A stretch of 64,000 nt of DNA, taken from contig NC_043011.1 of NCBI RefSeq assembly GCF_006345805.1, positions 47,628,464-47,692,463 on the forward strand, in the 5' to 3' direction. The DNA comes from Octopus sinensis. Its lineage: Eukaryota. This document shows, piece by piece, positions 51,039 to 63,853 of this stretch. A program made the translations under genes and the position numbers. The notes beneath the pieces were generated by a model. That model made no database searches and was not told the DNA's origin. It saw only the letters and a list, made by a program, of their open reading frames with translations. Within the stretch, counting starts at the first letter, position 1; each line of letters starts with the position of its first letter.

Positions 51039-51768
51039 ATAAACACTCACACATACATGAATATACACACATATACATATATATATGTACACATAGACTG
51101 ACAGATATATACATGTATGTCTGTGAATGTATGTGTTATATGCATCTAAAATATCTCACAAAATAAGTGCAAATATATGCACACACTCACATCTTTAGTT
51201 TAATATACCACTATGTACATACAATATATGCAAGTGCATATGTGATATTCATTTTATCAAAACTCAGTTTCAACAACTTTATACATAAAATCATAATGAT
51301 ATTTTAAAAGACAAAATGCTTGATAGTTTTTTTATTTTAATTTCTTTATCTTGCCATCTTCAAGAAGTCCTGTTGTCTTTGAGAGCGCTGAGAAAGAAGA
51401 TAAAATTGTCTGGTAATGGATTCCACATCATTCAGTCTATTAGAAATTGAGTGAATAAAATAAATATATAAAAAAAAAAGAGACAATGTCGATGATTGTA
51501 TATAAAATGAAAAAGAAAAGCAAGCAGAAGCACTCACTGAGCTCAACTTTAGTCTCTCCGTTTTAGACTGATTTGGACTCCAACCTACACACATTAAATG
51601 CAAGAAAAATGTGCACAGAACTATGTGTATGTCCATAGAAATACACATATGTTTGGAGGCAGAGTTATATAGTTATACATATACACACCACAGACAAATT
51701 TTTGTATCTGTTAGTGAATGTTTGCATGTACCTGTGTTTTTTTTATAGATGTATATATGTGTGTGTGA

Positions 51769-51815
<47 letters not shown>

Positions 51816-51940
51816 TATATTATAATCATCGTTTTTACATCCACTTGTACAAATTTGTATGTGTGCGGGTGAAATCATTATCATTATTTTGACGTCCACT
51901 TTTAGATACTTGCACTTTAGAGAGACTATCTATCTATCTA

Positions 51941-51984
<44 letters not shown>

Positions 51985-52024
51985 ATATAGAAAGAATACA
52001 TATATATATAGATAATATATACAA

Positions 52025-52055
<31 letters not shown>

Positions 52056-52261
52056 TATATATAATATATAGAAAGAATACATATAAATAATATATACATA
52101 TATATATAATATATATACACATATATATGATATATAGAAAAAATATATATATACATATATATTATATATATAGAAATAATATATATATATATATATATAA
52201 TATATAGAAATAATATGTATATATAGAAAGAATATATATATATATATATATATATATAGGC

Positions 52262-52660
52262 GCAGGAGTGGCTGTGTGGTAAGTAGCTTGCTAACCAGCC
52301 ACATGGTTCCGGGTTCAGTCCCACTGCGTGGCATCTTGGGCAAGTGTCTTCTGCTATAGCCCCGGGCCAACCAATGCCTTGTGAGTGGATTTGGTAGACG
52401 GAAACTGAAAGAAGCCTGTCGTATATATGTATATATATGTATGGGTGTGTGTGTATATGTTTGTGTTTGTCCCCCTAGCATTGCTTGACAACCAATGCTG
52501 GTGTGTTTACGTCCCCGTCACTTAGCGGTTCGGCAAAAGAGACCGATAGAATAAGTACTGGGCTTACAGAGAATAAGTCCCGGGGTCGATTTGCTCGACT
52601 AAAGGCGGTGCTCCAGCATGGCCGCAGTCAAATGACTGAAACAAGTAAAAGAGTAAAAGA
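52262..52660 (+). mobile_element. SINE family A, near-consensus (young) copy
   Basis: Retains CpGs (ttccgggttc, gacggaaac, gcggttcggc, cccggggtcga); inserted directly after a long (TA)n array. Confidence 0.9.
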
Positions 52661-53912
52661 GTAAGAGTATATATATATAGAATATAATATATAAAGAGAG
52701 AGAGAGAGATGCTGATACACACACACACACACACACAACATGTATGTATCATCAGAAACACTTGTTTGCATGTAAATTGTGTGTATATATGCATATATAT
52801 ATATATATTTTTGTGTGCTTGCATATAAACATTCTCTATGGCTACATACATGCCAAAGCAGAAGCATCATGCTTATTTTTTTTGTTGTTATTTTTATGAG
52901 GAGACATGAAACCACATCATGGCTTTCTAAGAAGCTTGATTCAGCAGAATTTTTTCTAGCAGAGCACACTTCATTGCTGATTACCAGACAATGCCAAAGA
53001 ACAATAACAAGAACTATTCTACTTTGCCGAATCACGATATTCTGAAATAGAATGTAAGGGTGTGTTGTACGTGGAATGGGTACATCAGGATCTATGAGTA
53101 AAATGTTTTAATAAATCTCAGTGGAAATGATTTAGAATGGCAACTGATGGAGGTCTTTATCTGATTTAGGAATAACAATACCATTCTCCACCTTGATTGG
53201 ATAGCTATATTAAAATAATCATGGACTTTAGTCTATGTTTAACTTGTGCTATTAATACATATTGGTTCAACGATATACTGTTGCAAGATTTAATCTGGTC
53301 ATCACGTTTGTAATTGGTCAATTCAATAGGTCAGTGGAGAATCACATATATATACCGGTGAGTGCATGTGTGTTTATAGCTTTTTTTTTTATTCTGTGCA
53401 GCAAAAACATATTAAGCAGCTTTATGCTGGAAGTGTGTAGAGTCATACATAAATTAATATTTTTCCCTTCCATCTGCCAATGTGCATGGTTGACTGAAGA
53501 GATGACCAAGCGAAACAATGGTCTGGGTATGCAATCCTGTTTATCTGGCATTCATATTTCATTCAGTCTGGCATTATGTGTTTATATGCACACACACACA
53601 CATAATCACACATAAACATATCAGGAAATAAATATGTATGTATAAAGGACATGCTTGTTTTATGATTTTCATTTATAAGTGTGTGTGTGAGTATGTGTGA
53701 GTGTGTGTGTATATACATATATATTGCCATCATCATTTAATGCCCGCTTTCCATGATATGTTTATGTATATATATCTATATCTATCTATACATACATATA
53801 TACACACACATACATATATACAGACACACACATATATATATACATACATATACACATATACTTACACATGTACATACACATATATACACATAATTATATA
53901 CATACATATATA

Positions 53913-53952
<40 letters not shown>

Positions 53953-54009
53953 CCTACATACATAGATACATATATATACATATACACACATCCATATATA
54001 TATATATAT

Positions 54010-54252
54010 AACGGGAAGCTTTATGAAAATAGACAAAAGACGAAGGCAGGTTTACGGAAATAAACAAAAGACGAAGGCAGGTGGAATACAAACAAACAAT
54101 TGTATTAGTATGGCGCTCAGGAAATATAAATAAAACAAGTCTTTAACGTTTCGAGCCTACGCTCTTCAACAGAAAGATACACAGAGAAAAAACACAGAAA
54201 GAAGGAGAGAAAAAAAATATGTGTGCAAAGGCTAGCGAATCAACATGGCGAT
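54010..54252 (-). mobile_element. Short pLTR-like element with hammerhead-like motif at 54140-54177
   Basis: Minus strand tcttt-CTGTTGA-a-GAGC(gtag)GCTC-GAAA-CG-T-T-aaaga, embedded in (TA/CA)n; homologous to 11458-11620. Confidence 0.6.
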
Positions 54253-54948
54253 ACATACACACACACATATATACATACATACATATATATATACACATAC
54301 ATATATATACACACATAATATATATATTCACACATACATATATACACACATACACACATACATACACACGCATGTATATACACACATATATATGTATAGA
54401 TATTGTTGTGTCTAGGGAGTCATCATGCCAATATAATTAACCCCGCCACAAACACACACACACACTGGTTCAATTCCATTCATTCATGAAATATTTGGTT
54501 TTTTCATTGCTTTTCGCAAACTTCTCAGTGCCTATCAACAGTGAATAGATTGTTGCAAAAAACAGCGAAAATATTTTGACAAGAACATATTAAAAAAAGA
54601 AATCAGATATCTAATAAATGAATGGAATTGAATCAGTGTGTGTATTAATTATATTGGCATGATGACTCATCCTAGACGCAACAAAATTTGTTTCGACACA
54701 TGAATTCACACGAAGAATCTTGCAAACTTGATACAAAGATGAAGTATATATATATATGTGTGTGTATATTTATATATATACATATATGTATATATGCACT
54801 CACATATGCACACATAATGCATTATGGTGTCCCAACATGAGAGAAACCGCAATCATTGTAATGGAGTTTATGCTTTGATTACTTCAACTTTAATATTCCA
54901 TTATGTTGCTATTCTAAGATCTTTACTTTTCAGTGAACATTCTTCAAT

Positions 54949-55128
54949 ATGTCTGTTGACGAATTAGAATTATTAACGGATGCATTTCTCATCTACCTGC
55001 CACTCTTATTGGACATTTTGAAATGTCAATTCGAAAATCTGTACAAACACAACAGTACTCATTGCATCCAGAAACATTCAGCCTTGACAAGGACTTCCAA
55101 TCTATTTCTGAAAGATGTTTTTCTGGAG
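54949..55128 (+). CDS. Candidate coding segment MSVDELELLTDAFLIYLPLLLDILK..LKDVFLE
   Basis: Acceptor ctttacttttcag at 54933, ATG at 54949, donor GAG|GTAATA after 55128. A second frame is also open and no homology is recognised. Confidence 0.2.
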
Positions 55129-55344
55129 GTAATATCACAAAAAAAGATTATTACCATCACAAGACTGATGCAACTTATTCATCAAGTAAATTCTGCTAAT
55201 TCTGGCAGTATTTATTTTTAAAACTGAATTTCTACTCTACTACCTGTACATTTAATAATGTACAACTTATGCGTACCTTTCCTTCATTGGACATTAAACT
55301 CTGCTTTGGAAAACCTGCCGAGGCAAGTGAAATCAAAATTGAAA

Positions 55345-55822
55345 TCAAATTCGATGACTGGCATCTGTGCTAGTGGAGCCCTAAGAGCACCATCCAAGCG
55401 TGATCATTGCCAGAGCAACAAGCTGGCTTCCGTGCTGGTGACACATAAGAGGCACCATTCAAGCGTGATCTTTACCAGCGTCACCTTACTGGTACTTGTG
55501 CTGGTGGCACGTGAAAAAACATTCGTGCGAGGTCATTGCCAGTGCCGCTGGACTGGCTCCTGTGCAGGTGGCACATAAAAAACACCATTTGAGCGTGGCC
55601 GCTGCCAGTACTACTTGACTGGCCCTCATGCCGGTGGCACGTAAAAGCACCCACTACACTCTCAGAGAGGTTGGTGCTAGGAAGGACATCCAGCTGTAGA
55701 AACACTGCAAGATCAAGATTGGAGCCTGGTGCAGCAATCTGGTTCGCCAGACCTCCTTCAAATCGTCCAACCCATGCCTGCATGGAAAGTGGATGTTAAA
55801 CGATGATGATGATGATGATGAA
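55345..55822 (+). mobile_element. Family D: RTE-tailed repeat with (GAT)n tail and internal ggcacgtaaaaagcacc tandem units
   Basis: 3' end aggaagggcatccagctgtagaaac..ccaacccatgc.agcatggaaag.ggacgttaaac(gat)n. Other copies at ~8690-9095(+), 14580-14785(-), 18745-19310(-), 47690-48020(+), 61488-61750(-). Confidence 0.82.
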
Positions 55823-57692
55823 TTAATAATATTATGTTTTTGTATCAAATTAGCTTTTCTACTATTTTTGTAGTATTTTCTATATTCTTACTTGTCTCAG
55901 CCGTTAGACTGTCAACATGCTGTGGTACTGCCTTGAAGGGTTTGGTCAGGCAAACTGACCCTAATATTTGCTTTTAAGTCTGGTACTCATTCTATCAATC
56001 TTCTTATTCTTGAACTGCTAAGTTACAGGGATATAAACAAGCGAATGCCAGTTGTCAAGTAGTGTTGAAGGGACAAACAGAAACACAAACACACACAGAC
56101 ATTTCTTTTACTTGTTTAAGTCATTTGACTGCAGCCGTGCTGGAACACCGGCTTTAGTCAAAGAAATCGACCCCAGAACTTATTCTTTATAAGCCTAGTA
56201 CTTATTCTATTAGTCTCTTTTGCCAAACCACTTATGTGGATGTAAACACACCAACATCAGTTGTCAAATGATGGTAGGGGGACAGACACAGACACACAAA
56301 GGTATATATATATATACGACAGTCTTCTTTCAGTTTTCGTCTACCAAATCCACTCGTAAGGCTTTGGTCGGCTTGAGGCTATAGTAGAAAACACTTTCCC
56401 AAGGAGCCACACTAGGACTGAACCCTGATTCATGTGGTTGGGAAGCAAGCTTCTTATTTCTTTATTGCCCACAAGGGACTAAACACAGAGGGGACAAACA
56501 AGGACAGACAAAGGGTTCAAGTCGATTACATCGACCCCAGTGCGTAACAGGTACTTAATTTATCGATCCCGAAAGGATGAAAAGCAAAGTCAACCTCAGC
56601 GGATTTTGAACTCAGAACGTAACGGCAGACGAAATACCGCTAAGTATGCAAACATTTCTGCCAGCTAATTTCTCAACCCCGAAAGGATGAAAGGCAAAGT
56701 CAACCTCGGCAGAATTTGAACTCAGAACTTAACGGCAGATGAAATACCGCTAAACATGCTAACATTTCTGCCAGCTCACCACCTTTAGCTCGCTGCATAT
56801 TACCACAAGAATATTAATATTATATTCGGCTAAATTTCTGAACTTTTTTTTCAAAATTTTGTTTAAGCAACACCAAGTATCATAACACAAAGGAAAGTAA
56901 GATTCGAAATCAAGATGATAACCCAACCTAGCAGCACCTTACCGTACAAGACAGACTTCTCTGCAGCACTTGCCAACGGTAAACAAATAGTAGAGTGAAG
57001 TCTTGAGCTTTGGGCATTTTCTTGTCTTTTAAATTTTATGTTTTGTTACAGTGTTATCATTAACAGTAGATTTAAGGAGCAGAAACTAAACAAAATATAT
57101 ATAAATAAATAATAAAATGTTAGACAAAAGAAACAAAAACTTATGGAAAAACAAAGTAAAAATCACTCCAGGCATAGTGATAATTCTACGAAAATAGTAT
57201 TTTCAGATCAAAATAACACTTTAAGAATTGCTTTTGATAGTGTTTATTTCCATTATAATTTGCTTTTTTTTTTAACTTTTTTTTTTTTTTTTTGCTTTTA
57301 AAGTGAGATAAATTGGGGAGAAACGATGTTGGCAAAAACTTAACAATCGACCATCTATTACTCAAGGATACATTTACAAGTAGCAAATAACATTGTGTTT
57401 GATAAATCATTTCATGATAAGTTACATACCTCTACAATCACTGTGTGTGAGTGTGTGTGAGTGTGCATGTGAGTGTATGTGTGTGCCCATGTATTTTTGT
57501 ATGTGTATAAGCAAACATATTTGGATTTTTTAATCTCAACTATAAACATTCAGTTTTATAAACTGAATGTTTATAAAAGTTAAGCTTATGTTTCTATACT
57601 GAATATAAGAATTTGATATATGTATGTATGCATGCCTGTCTGTCTGTCTGTGTAGGGATATATACGTACATATATGCTTATATACATATGCA

Positions 57693-57725
<33 letters not shown>

Positions 57726-58191
57726 GCAAATATATAAATACATATAAATATATACATATATAAATATATACATACATATATATATATACATATATGTATA
57801 TATAGATATATATGTATGAATATATATATGTATGAATATATATATGTATGAATATATATATGTATACATATATATATGTATAAATATATATATGTGTATA
57901 AATATATATATGTATATATATATATGTATATGTATATATGTATATATATATGTGTGTATATATATATGTGTATATATATGTGTATATATATATATATGTG
58001 TATAAATATATATGTGTATAAATATATATGTATAATATATATATATGTATATATATATATGTATATATGTATATATGTATATATATATGTGTGTGTATAT
58101 ATATATGTGTATATATATGTGTATATATATATATGTGTATAAATATATATGTGTATAAATATATATGTATAAATATATATGTATATATGTG

Positions 58192-58255
<64 letters not shown>

Positions 58256-58454
58256 CAAATATATATATGCACATGCATTTGTATACCATCATTCATAGTG
58301 TGTATAAAAGTGTGTAAAGTGTTATATATATATATACTCACACACAGACAAATCTCAAAAATTAACAAAGACCCCCACATTATACCGTTTTTATCAGTTG
58401 TGGACACTACCTGTTGCTTCAGACTTGTTAATGTATTATTATTTCTCATTTCAG

Positions 58455-58508
58455 GCTAGAATATATTTGTTGCTTATGACAACCAGCCATGCTGCAAACA
58501 CCAGAGGC
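58455..58508 (+). CDS. Candidate 54-nt phase 0-0 exon [18 protein letters not shown]
   Basis: Acceptor tattatttctcatttcag, donor GGC|GTAAGT; it may lie in antisense LINE-derived DNA. Confidence 0.28.
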
Positions 58509-58830
58509 GTAAGTTCTGCGTCATTTTCAAAGGGGCTATATTGTGGGCCAGCCTCAATGTGGACTCAACCAGTTTGAGATTGCATAAAACCTTGGCACAG
58601 TTAACAGAATAAATGTGCAATTCACCAGCAAAGGAATGGAACCATGTGCCTCCTGTTCAGGTCAACTTGGACCTTCTGTGAGACGTCTTCAGGCTGTCAA
58701 ATAATCTCTGTAGTAAAGCAGCTGATGTTGCAGAACCCACTGCAAATGAATTCGAGTACCTGTGTGGGGTATCTCCGTCAACTTGTCAACTACTGTGGCA
58801 GCATCTTTGGGGTTTTCATCACTGTTTACA
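58500..58830 (-). mobile_element. Possible decayed CR1/L2 RT fragment
   Basis: Minus frame PTQVLEFICS..EII*QPEDVSQK resembles RP.LEY.S.VW....I..LE.VQ; GC is higher than the flanks; many stops. Confidence 0.3.
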
Positions 58831-61452
58831 GTTTTGTTCCAATTGTTTACAAATTTAGTATATGGATTAAGTTTTGTATACAAATTATGAAAATGAAATT
58901 CATTTTCTCTATAACTCCATAATTAAGAAGTCACTTGCCTTTGAAATTGGCAAAATCTAGGCATTGGAGTGGCTTTGTGGTAAGTAGATTGCTTACCAAC
59001 CACATGGTTCCAGGTTCAATCCCATGGCGTGGAACCTTGGGCAAGTGTCTTCTACTATAGCCTCGAGCTGACCAAAGCCTTGTGAGTGGATTTGGTAGAC
59101 GGAAACTGAAAGAAGCCCGTCGTATATATGTATATGTATGTGTATGTATATGTTTGTGTGTCCGTGTTTGTCCCCCCCCAACATCACTTGACAAGCGATG
59201 GTAGTGTGTTTAGCAGTTCTGCAAAAGAGACCGAAGACTTGCTCGACTAAAGGCGGTACTCCAGCATGGCCACAATCAAATGACTGAAACAAGTAAAACT
59301 AAAAATAAGTAAAAGTATATCACCATGGCGAAAATTTCTATTTCTCTTGTAACCGAAGCAAAGAAGCACTACATGTTGCATAGCTGATCGTGAAGAACTC
59401 TTTCCATAGTAACCAAAGATGCTGTGCATATGCACAAAGAGGAGAAAGAGATACGAGAAAACTTATTTTATAAAATCCATGTTTAATGTTTTGACATGCT
59501 GATACCCCTCCTCCTCTCTAATGATGAAAGAGGCAGCAAAGGTGTTGTTTTCTGATTGGTTGAAAATTTTGAAAATTATTGAACTTTGAATACCTGTAAT
59601 ATTTTTGCAAAATTTTTCCAGAATAAATGAAAAACAAACTCAGATTCAGCATCAAAAATTACATCTATTGGATATGTTAAAATATTCATTTTAAAGACAA
59701 TTGTAAACAGGGATGAAAACCACAAAGATCCCTACGGCAAAGCAGACAGAAGGAAACCCCTTCTATGACTAGCATGATCCAAAGAAAGGAGAAATAAGCC
59801 TTTAAAAATGATGATATCTGTCTTCTTCTGAGATATGAGTATTGGCGCAATCGTTAGCAGGCCGGGTGAACTGCCTAGCAGTATTTCGTCTGCCGTTACG
59901 TTCTGAGTTCAAATTCCGCCAAGGTTGACTTTACCTTTCATCCTTTCGGGGTCGATTAAATAAGTACCAGTTACACACTGGGGTCGATATAATCGACTTA
60001 ATATGTTTGTCTGTCCTTGTTTGTCCCCTCTATGTTTAGCCCCTTGTGGGCAATAAAGAAATAAATTATTGTCACTATCATCATCATCATCATTTTATAA
60101 CCAGTTTCTGTATTGTACTGCTTTGGACATGTCATCATTGCACTGTGTAACACAATTTATTTTATCCTTGGATAATAACTGGTATTTCTTATTTGCTTAC
60201 CCTTAGAAAGTATGAAAAATGGTTAATATTTCCTTCAGACTTTGCTTTTGTTTCATTTATTCCAACCCCGATGAATTTCTCTCAACACATGGCTATGGCT
60301 ATGATGCTCTCCCTATACTCCAGCTAATGGCCAGAGATGCCACTAAGGGACATGCTCAAGTGGTTAAGGTCAAGCAACTGACAAGCAAATCTGTGGTATT
60401 GAGCAGAATATTTGCTATAATGATATATCTGCTTCAGCAACTCTGTTGAATCTGTTTGAAATGTAATGGAAAGTAAGTCAGTTACAAATCATTGATGTCC
60501 AGGTCACAAAAGCAATGTTTGAAGGGAATAGTAGTCATTTCCTTTGATTTCTAGACAGAAGCAAATAGGAAATAGCACTTACTGACCAAAGGCAGAAAAA
60601 AAAATTGGTTACATAATATTGTCCATCTCGGTTCTAATTCAAAATCTTTGCTCCTCTGGACAGTTAATATATTCCACTTTCTGCAAGATTTCTATGGATT
60701 GTGGCTCTTTTTGAAACCAAGCACTTTAGTGAGTGCAACAAAAGCATTTTACTCTGAGAGTAACACTAATGAGGTTGGATTTTTACCCTGCAGGACCAAA
60801 GAGTCCTCTCAGTCTTATTTCCTTTTGTCTAAAGTGATGTGACCAAGAGAGTGAACAGCACAGATAGTAATGACAGATGATCCAGGGTAAGAGATTGAAA
60901 TAAGTGAGAGAAACAAATTGACTGGAGTTATAGTGCATTGGGAGAAGGAGTAATAGAAGAGAGCAAATGATGGTAGCAACAGTTTTTGCCTGTAAGGTGA
61001 TAGAGTGAATAATAGAACTAAGTGAATGTATGAACAAATAATTGGTACCAATAATGTGAGAGAAAGAGTGATGACTAGCTGTAGAGAAAGTCAATGGTAA
61101 GCTGTATCAAATGCAGACAAGTCTAATGTAGACACTCAGTGTAGTAACTTGAAAATAAAAAAAAACCACATGCTTAACAGAATAATGTGTAAGTGGAAAT
61201 AAGTTAAAGAATTTAAAATCACTGGGAAAGTTCACAATTATGTAATGAGAAATTTATGGACAATTAGTTAACAACAAAAAGCACTCCAGCAAGCATGTGC
61301 TTAATTGCAATAACAGCCTAGCAAATTAGAACAGTATCAATTTCGATTCATGGTTTCAGATCAAAATTCTTGCAATACACACATGTATGTATGTATATAT
61401 ATATACACACACACACACAGAGATAGATAGATAGATACATACATATATACAT

Positions 61453-61488
<36 letters not shown>

Positions 61489-62034
61489 CATCATCATCAT
61501 CATCATCATCGTTTAACGTCCGTTTTCCATGCTAGCATGGGTTGGACGGTTCAACTGGGGTCTGGGAAGCCAGAAGGCTGCGCCAGGCCCAGTCTGATCT
61601 GGCAGTGTTTCTACAGCTGGATGCCCTTCCTAACGCCAACCACTCCATGTAGTGGGTCCTTTTTACATGCCACCTGCACAGGTGCCAGACGAGGCTGCCA
61701 AACAGCCACGATCGGATGGTGCTTTTTATGTGCCAACGGCACGGGGGCCCGATATATATACATATATATATACATATATACACACACACATATAGGTATA
61801 TATACATATATGTGTGTATGCATATAAATGTGTGTGTATAATCAGTATGCACTAGTATTTTAGTATTTACCATCACAGATTAACCAACTGTAAAATAATT
61901 ATACCCCAAGGAGATTTAACTGCTCATATTTGCTGCGCCATCTATTCAGTAACTAAAAATGGACTTGCATTATAAACGAAATATAGTGCCCATGATCGCA
62001 GTTTATAAACTTGAGACAGTAGCACTAATGTTAA

Positions 62035-62160
62035 GTAGATTCACATTATTTACATTTGATGGATATTTGTCCTCATCTTGTTTGTTGTTAACACAACCTT
62101 TTTGGCTGATGTACTCTCCAGCCTTCATCAGGAAATTTCGAACCTGGGTCCCCATTCCTA
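62035..62160 (-). mobile_element. Same family, copy 3 (CTGATGA intact; 5' strand of stem I deleted; GAAA mutated)
   Basis: Minus strand ttc-CTGATGA-a-GGCTG(gagagtacat)CAGCC-AAAAAGG-T-T-gtgtt at 62090-62131. Confidence 0.55.
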
Positions 62161-63299
62161 GAAGAAGAAGAAAAAGAAGCAGCAGCAGCACAGCAAGACA
62201 CCAGACATTGGTGATTAAAAATCATTATATTTAGTTGTAATATCCCTTTTACAAAAGTTGTTCAACTTACTAAATCTAGGAGCAAATGCCTTGCCCAAAC
62301 ATTTTATTTCTTGTGCTTTTTACAGTTGGTTGCCCTGCCAAACACCACAGAACAGTTCGTTCCTCCTTTAAAAGGCAAAAACAGAAAAATAAAGAAAAGA
62401 GATTCTTTTGTGACCATGCCTACCAATACATGCATTAACCTAGTGATTGCTCAGTTGGAAACCTATAATCAGTGATACTATTGTTCGCAAAAGTTTAATC
62501 TAAAACTTATATAAAAAATAAATATGTATTAGCTGGAAACTGGTTCAAAACTAGTGTCTTTAGAATCCAACTAATATTATTCACTGGAGATAATTTAATG
62601 AGAGATAGTCAGAAAATCTGAACATTAGACATAATCAATTAAATGAGAAGAGAGAAACAGGAAGAGCGGAGATTTAGTTAGATTTTTAACTGTTAAGTAC
62701 TTGTTAGTAATGTAGAAGCTGCTTGCATTGATTAAGTAAATATCTTGTATTCCACCTATATCAAGCAATGAACCTAGTATTTTATATTGTGTTATAGATC
62801 AGGACTAATCAATAAGAGCCAGAAAAAAAAAATACCATAATGATTACGACTACTACTAATAATGACTACCCCCTAATAATAATAATGATGATGATGATTT
62901 ATTTTTTTATTTATTTATTGTATTTATTTATTATTCATAAATACTAATAATGGACTGTAAAAATATATAGTGAAGAACAATGCAAAACTAATATGAAACA
63001 GATAGAAATCCTAGAAATTGGGAAACAAAATTGAATCAAAATAATAGACTGTTGCAAAGTGAAAGCAGAAAAAATTGAGAGAAATTAGGAAAAAGACTAA
63101 AGACTGAGCTAAAATGGAATTAGAGAATGGAGTGGCTGTGTGGTAAGTAGCTTGCTTACCAACCACATGGTTCCGGGTTCAGTCCCACAGCATGACACTT
63201 TGGGTAAGTGTCTTCTACTATAGCCTCGGGCCAACCAAAGCCTTGTGAGTGGATTTGGTAGACGGAAACTAAAAGAAGCCCATCGTATTTATGTATGTG

Positions 63300-63330
<31 letters not shown>

Positions 63331-63616
63331 ATATATGTTTAAGTGTCTGTGTTTGTCCCCACCAACATCGCTTGACAACCAATGCTGGTATGTTTACGTC
63401 CCTGTAACTTAGCGGTTTGGCAAAACAGACCGATAGAATAAGTACTAGGCTTACAAAGAATAAGTTCTTGATTTGCTTGACTAAAGGCAGTGCTCCAGCA
63501 TGGCCACAGTCACATGACTGAAACAAGTAAAAGAGTAAAAGAGTAAAAGCCCCTGCCTCTTTGTGGCCAATAGCTGGGTGCAGGGGTGGATGTTGAGAAT
63601 ATAGACAAGTATGAGC

Positions 63617-63853
63617 TACAGGGTGCATCAGAAAGTTTGCCCTGATTTCAAAGGTTCATACAAAACAAGCACATGAAGATACAAGAAAAAACAATGCTCT
63701 CCATTCCAGGCCATTGTGGGTACTACCTGAAACAGAAAAAAACAATGGCATTTAATGAACTTCAGAGAAATACAAAGTTTTTTTCATACATCTTGATGTG
63801 TTTGTTTTTTATAAACATTTGAAATCAGGGAAACTTTTCTGCCGCACCCTGTA
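63617..63853. mobile_element. Tc1/mariner-type MITE with long TIRs
   Basis: TA-cagggtgcatcagaaagtttgccctgatttcaaa ... tttgaaatcagggaaacttttctgccgcaccctg-TA; subterminal inverted similarity continues inward. Confidence 0.85.

Noticed and set aside
2085-58459. Long ORFs rich in Y/I/H/T/C/V (e.g. 2085-2612, 27664-28203, 30128-30640, 36424-37032, 57536-58449)
   Set aside because: They are translations of (TA)n, (CA)n, (TG)n and (ATT)n microsatellites, which lack stops in several frames.
60219-60449. ORF NPDEFLSTHGYGYDALPILQLMARDATKGHAQVV..
   Set aside because: The sequence resembles an octopus dispersed-repeat 3' region (recalled, not searched); treated as a repeat read-through.
60793-60895. 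93-nt segment with strong acceptor and CAGG|GTAAGA donor
   Set aside because: Stop codons occur in all three frames; it could only be a non-coding exon and there is no evidence for that.
3654-63628. Recurrent ORFs containing RASFSFRLPNPLTR..YSRRHLPKVPRSGTEPGTMW or RANRPQDLFFVSLVLILSV
   Set aside because: Read-throughs of SINE family A in different frames, not a protein family.
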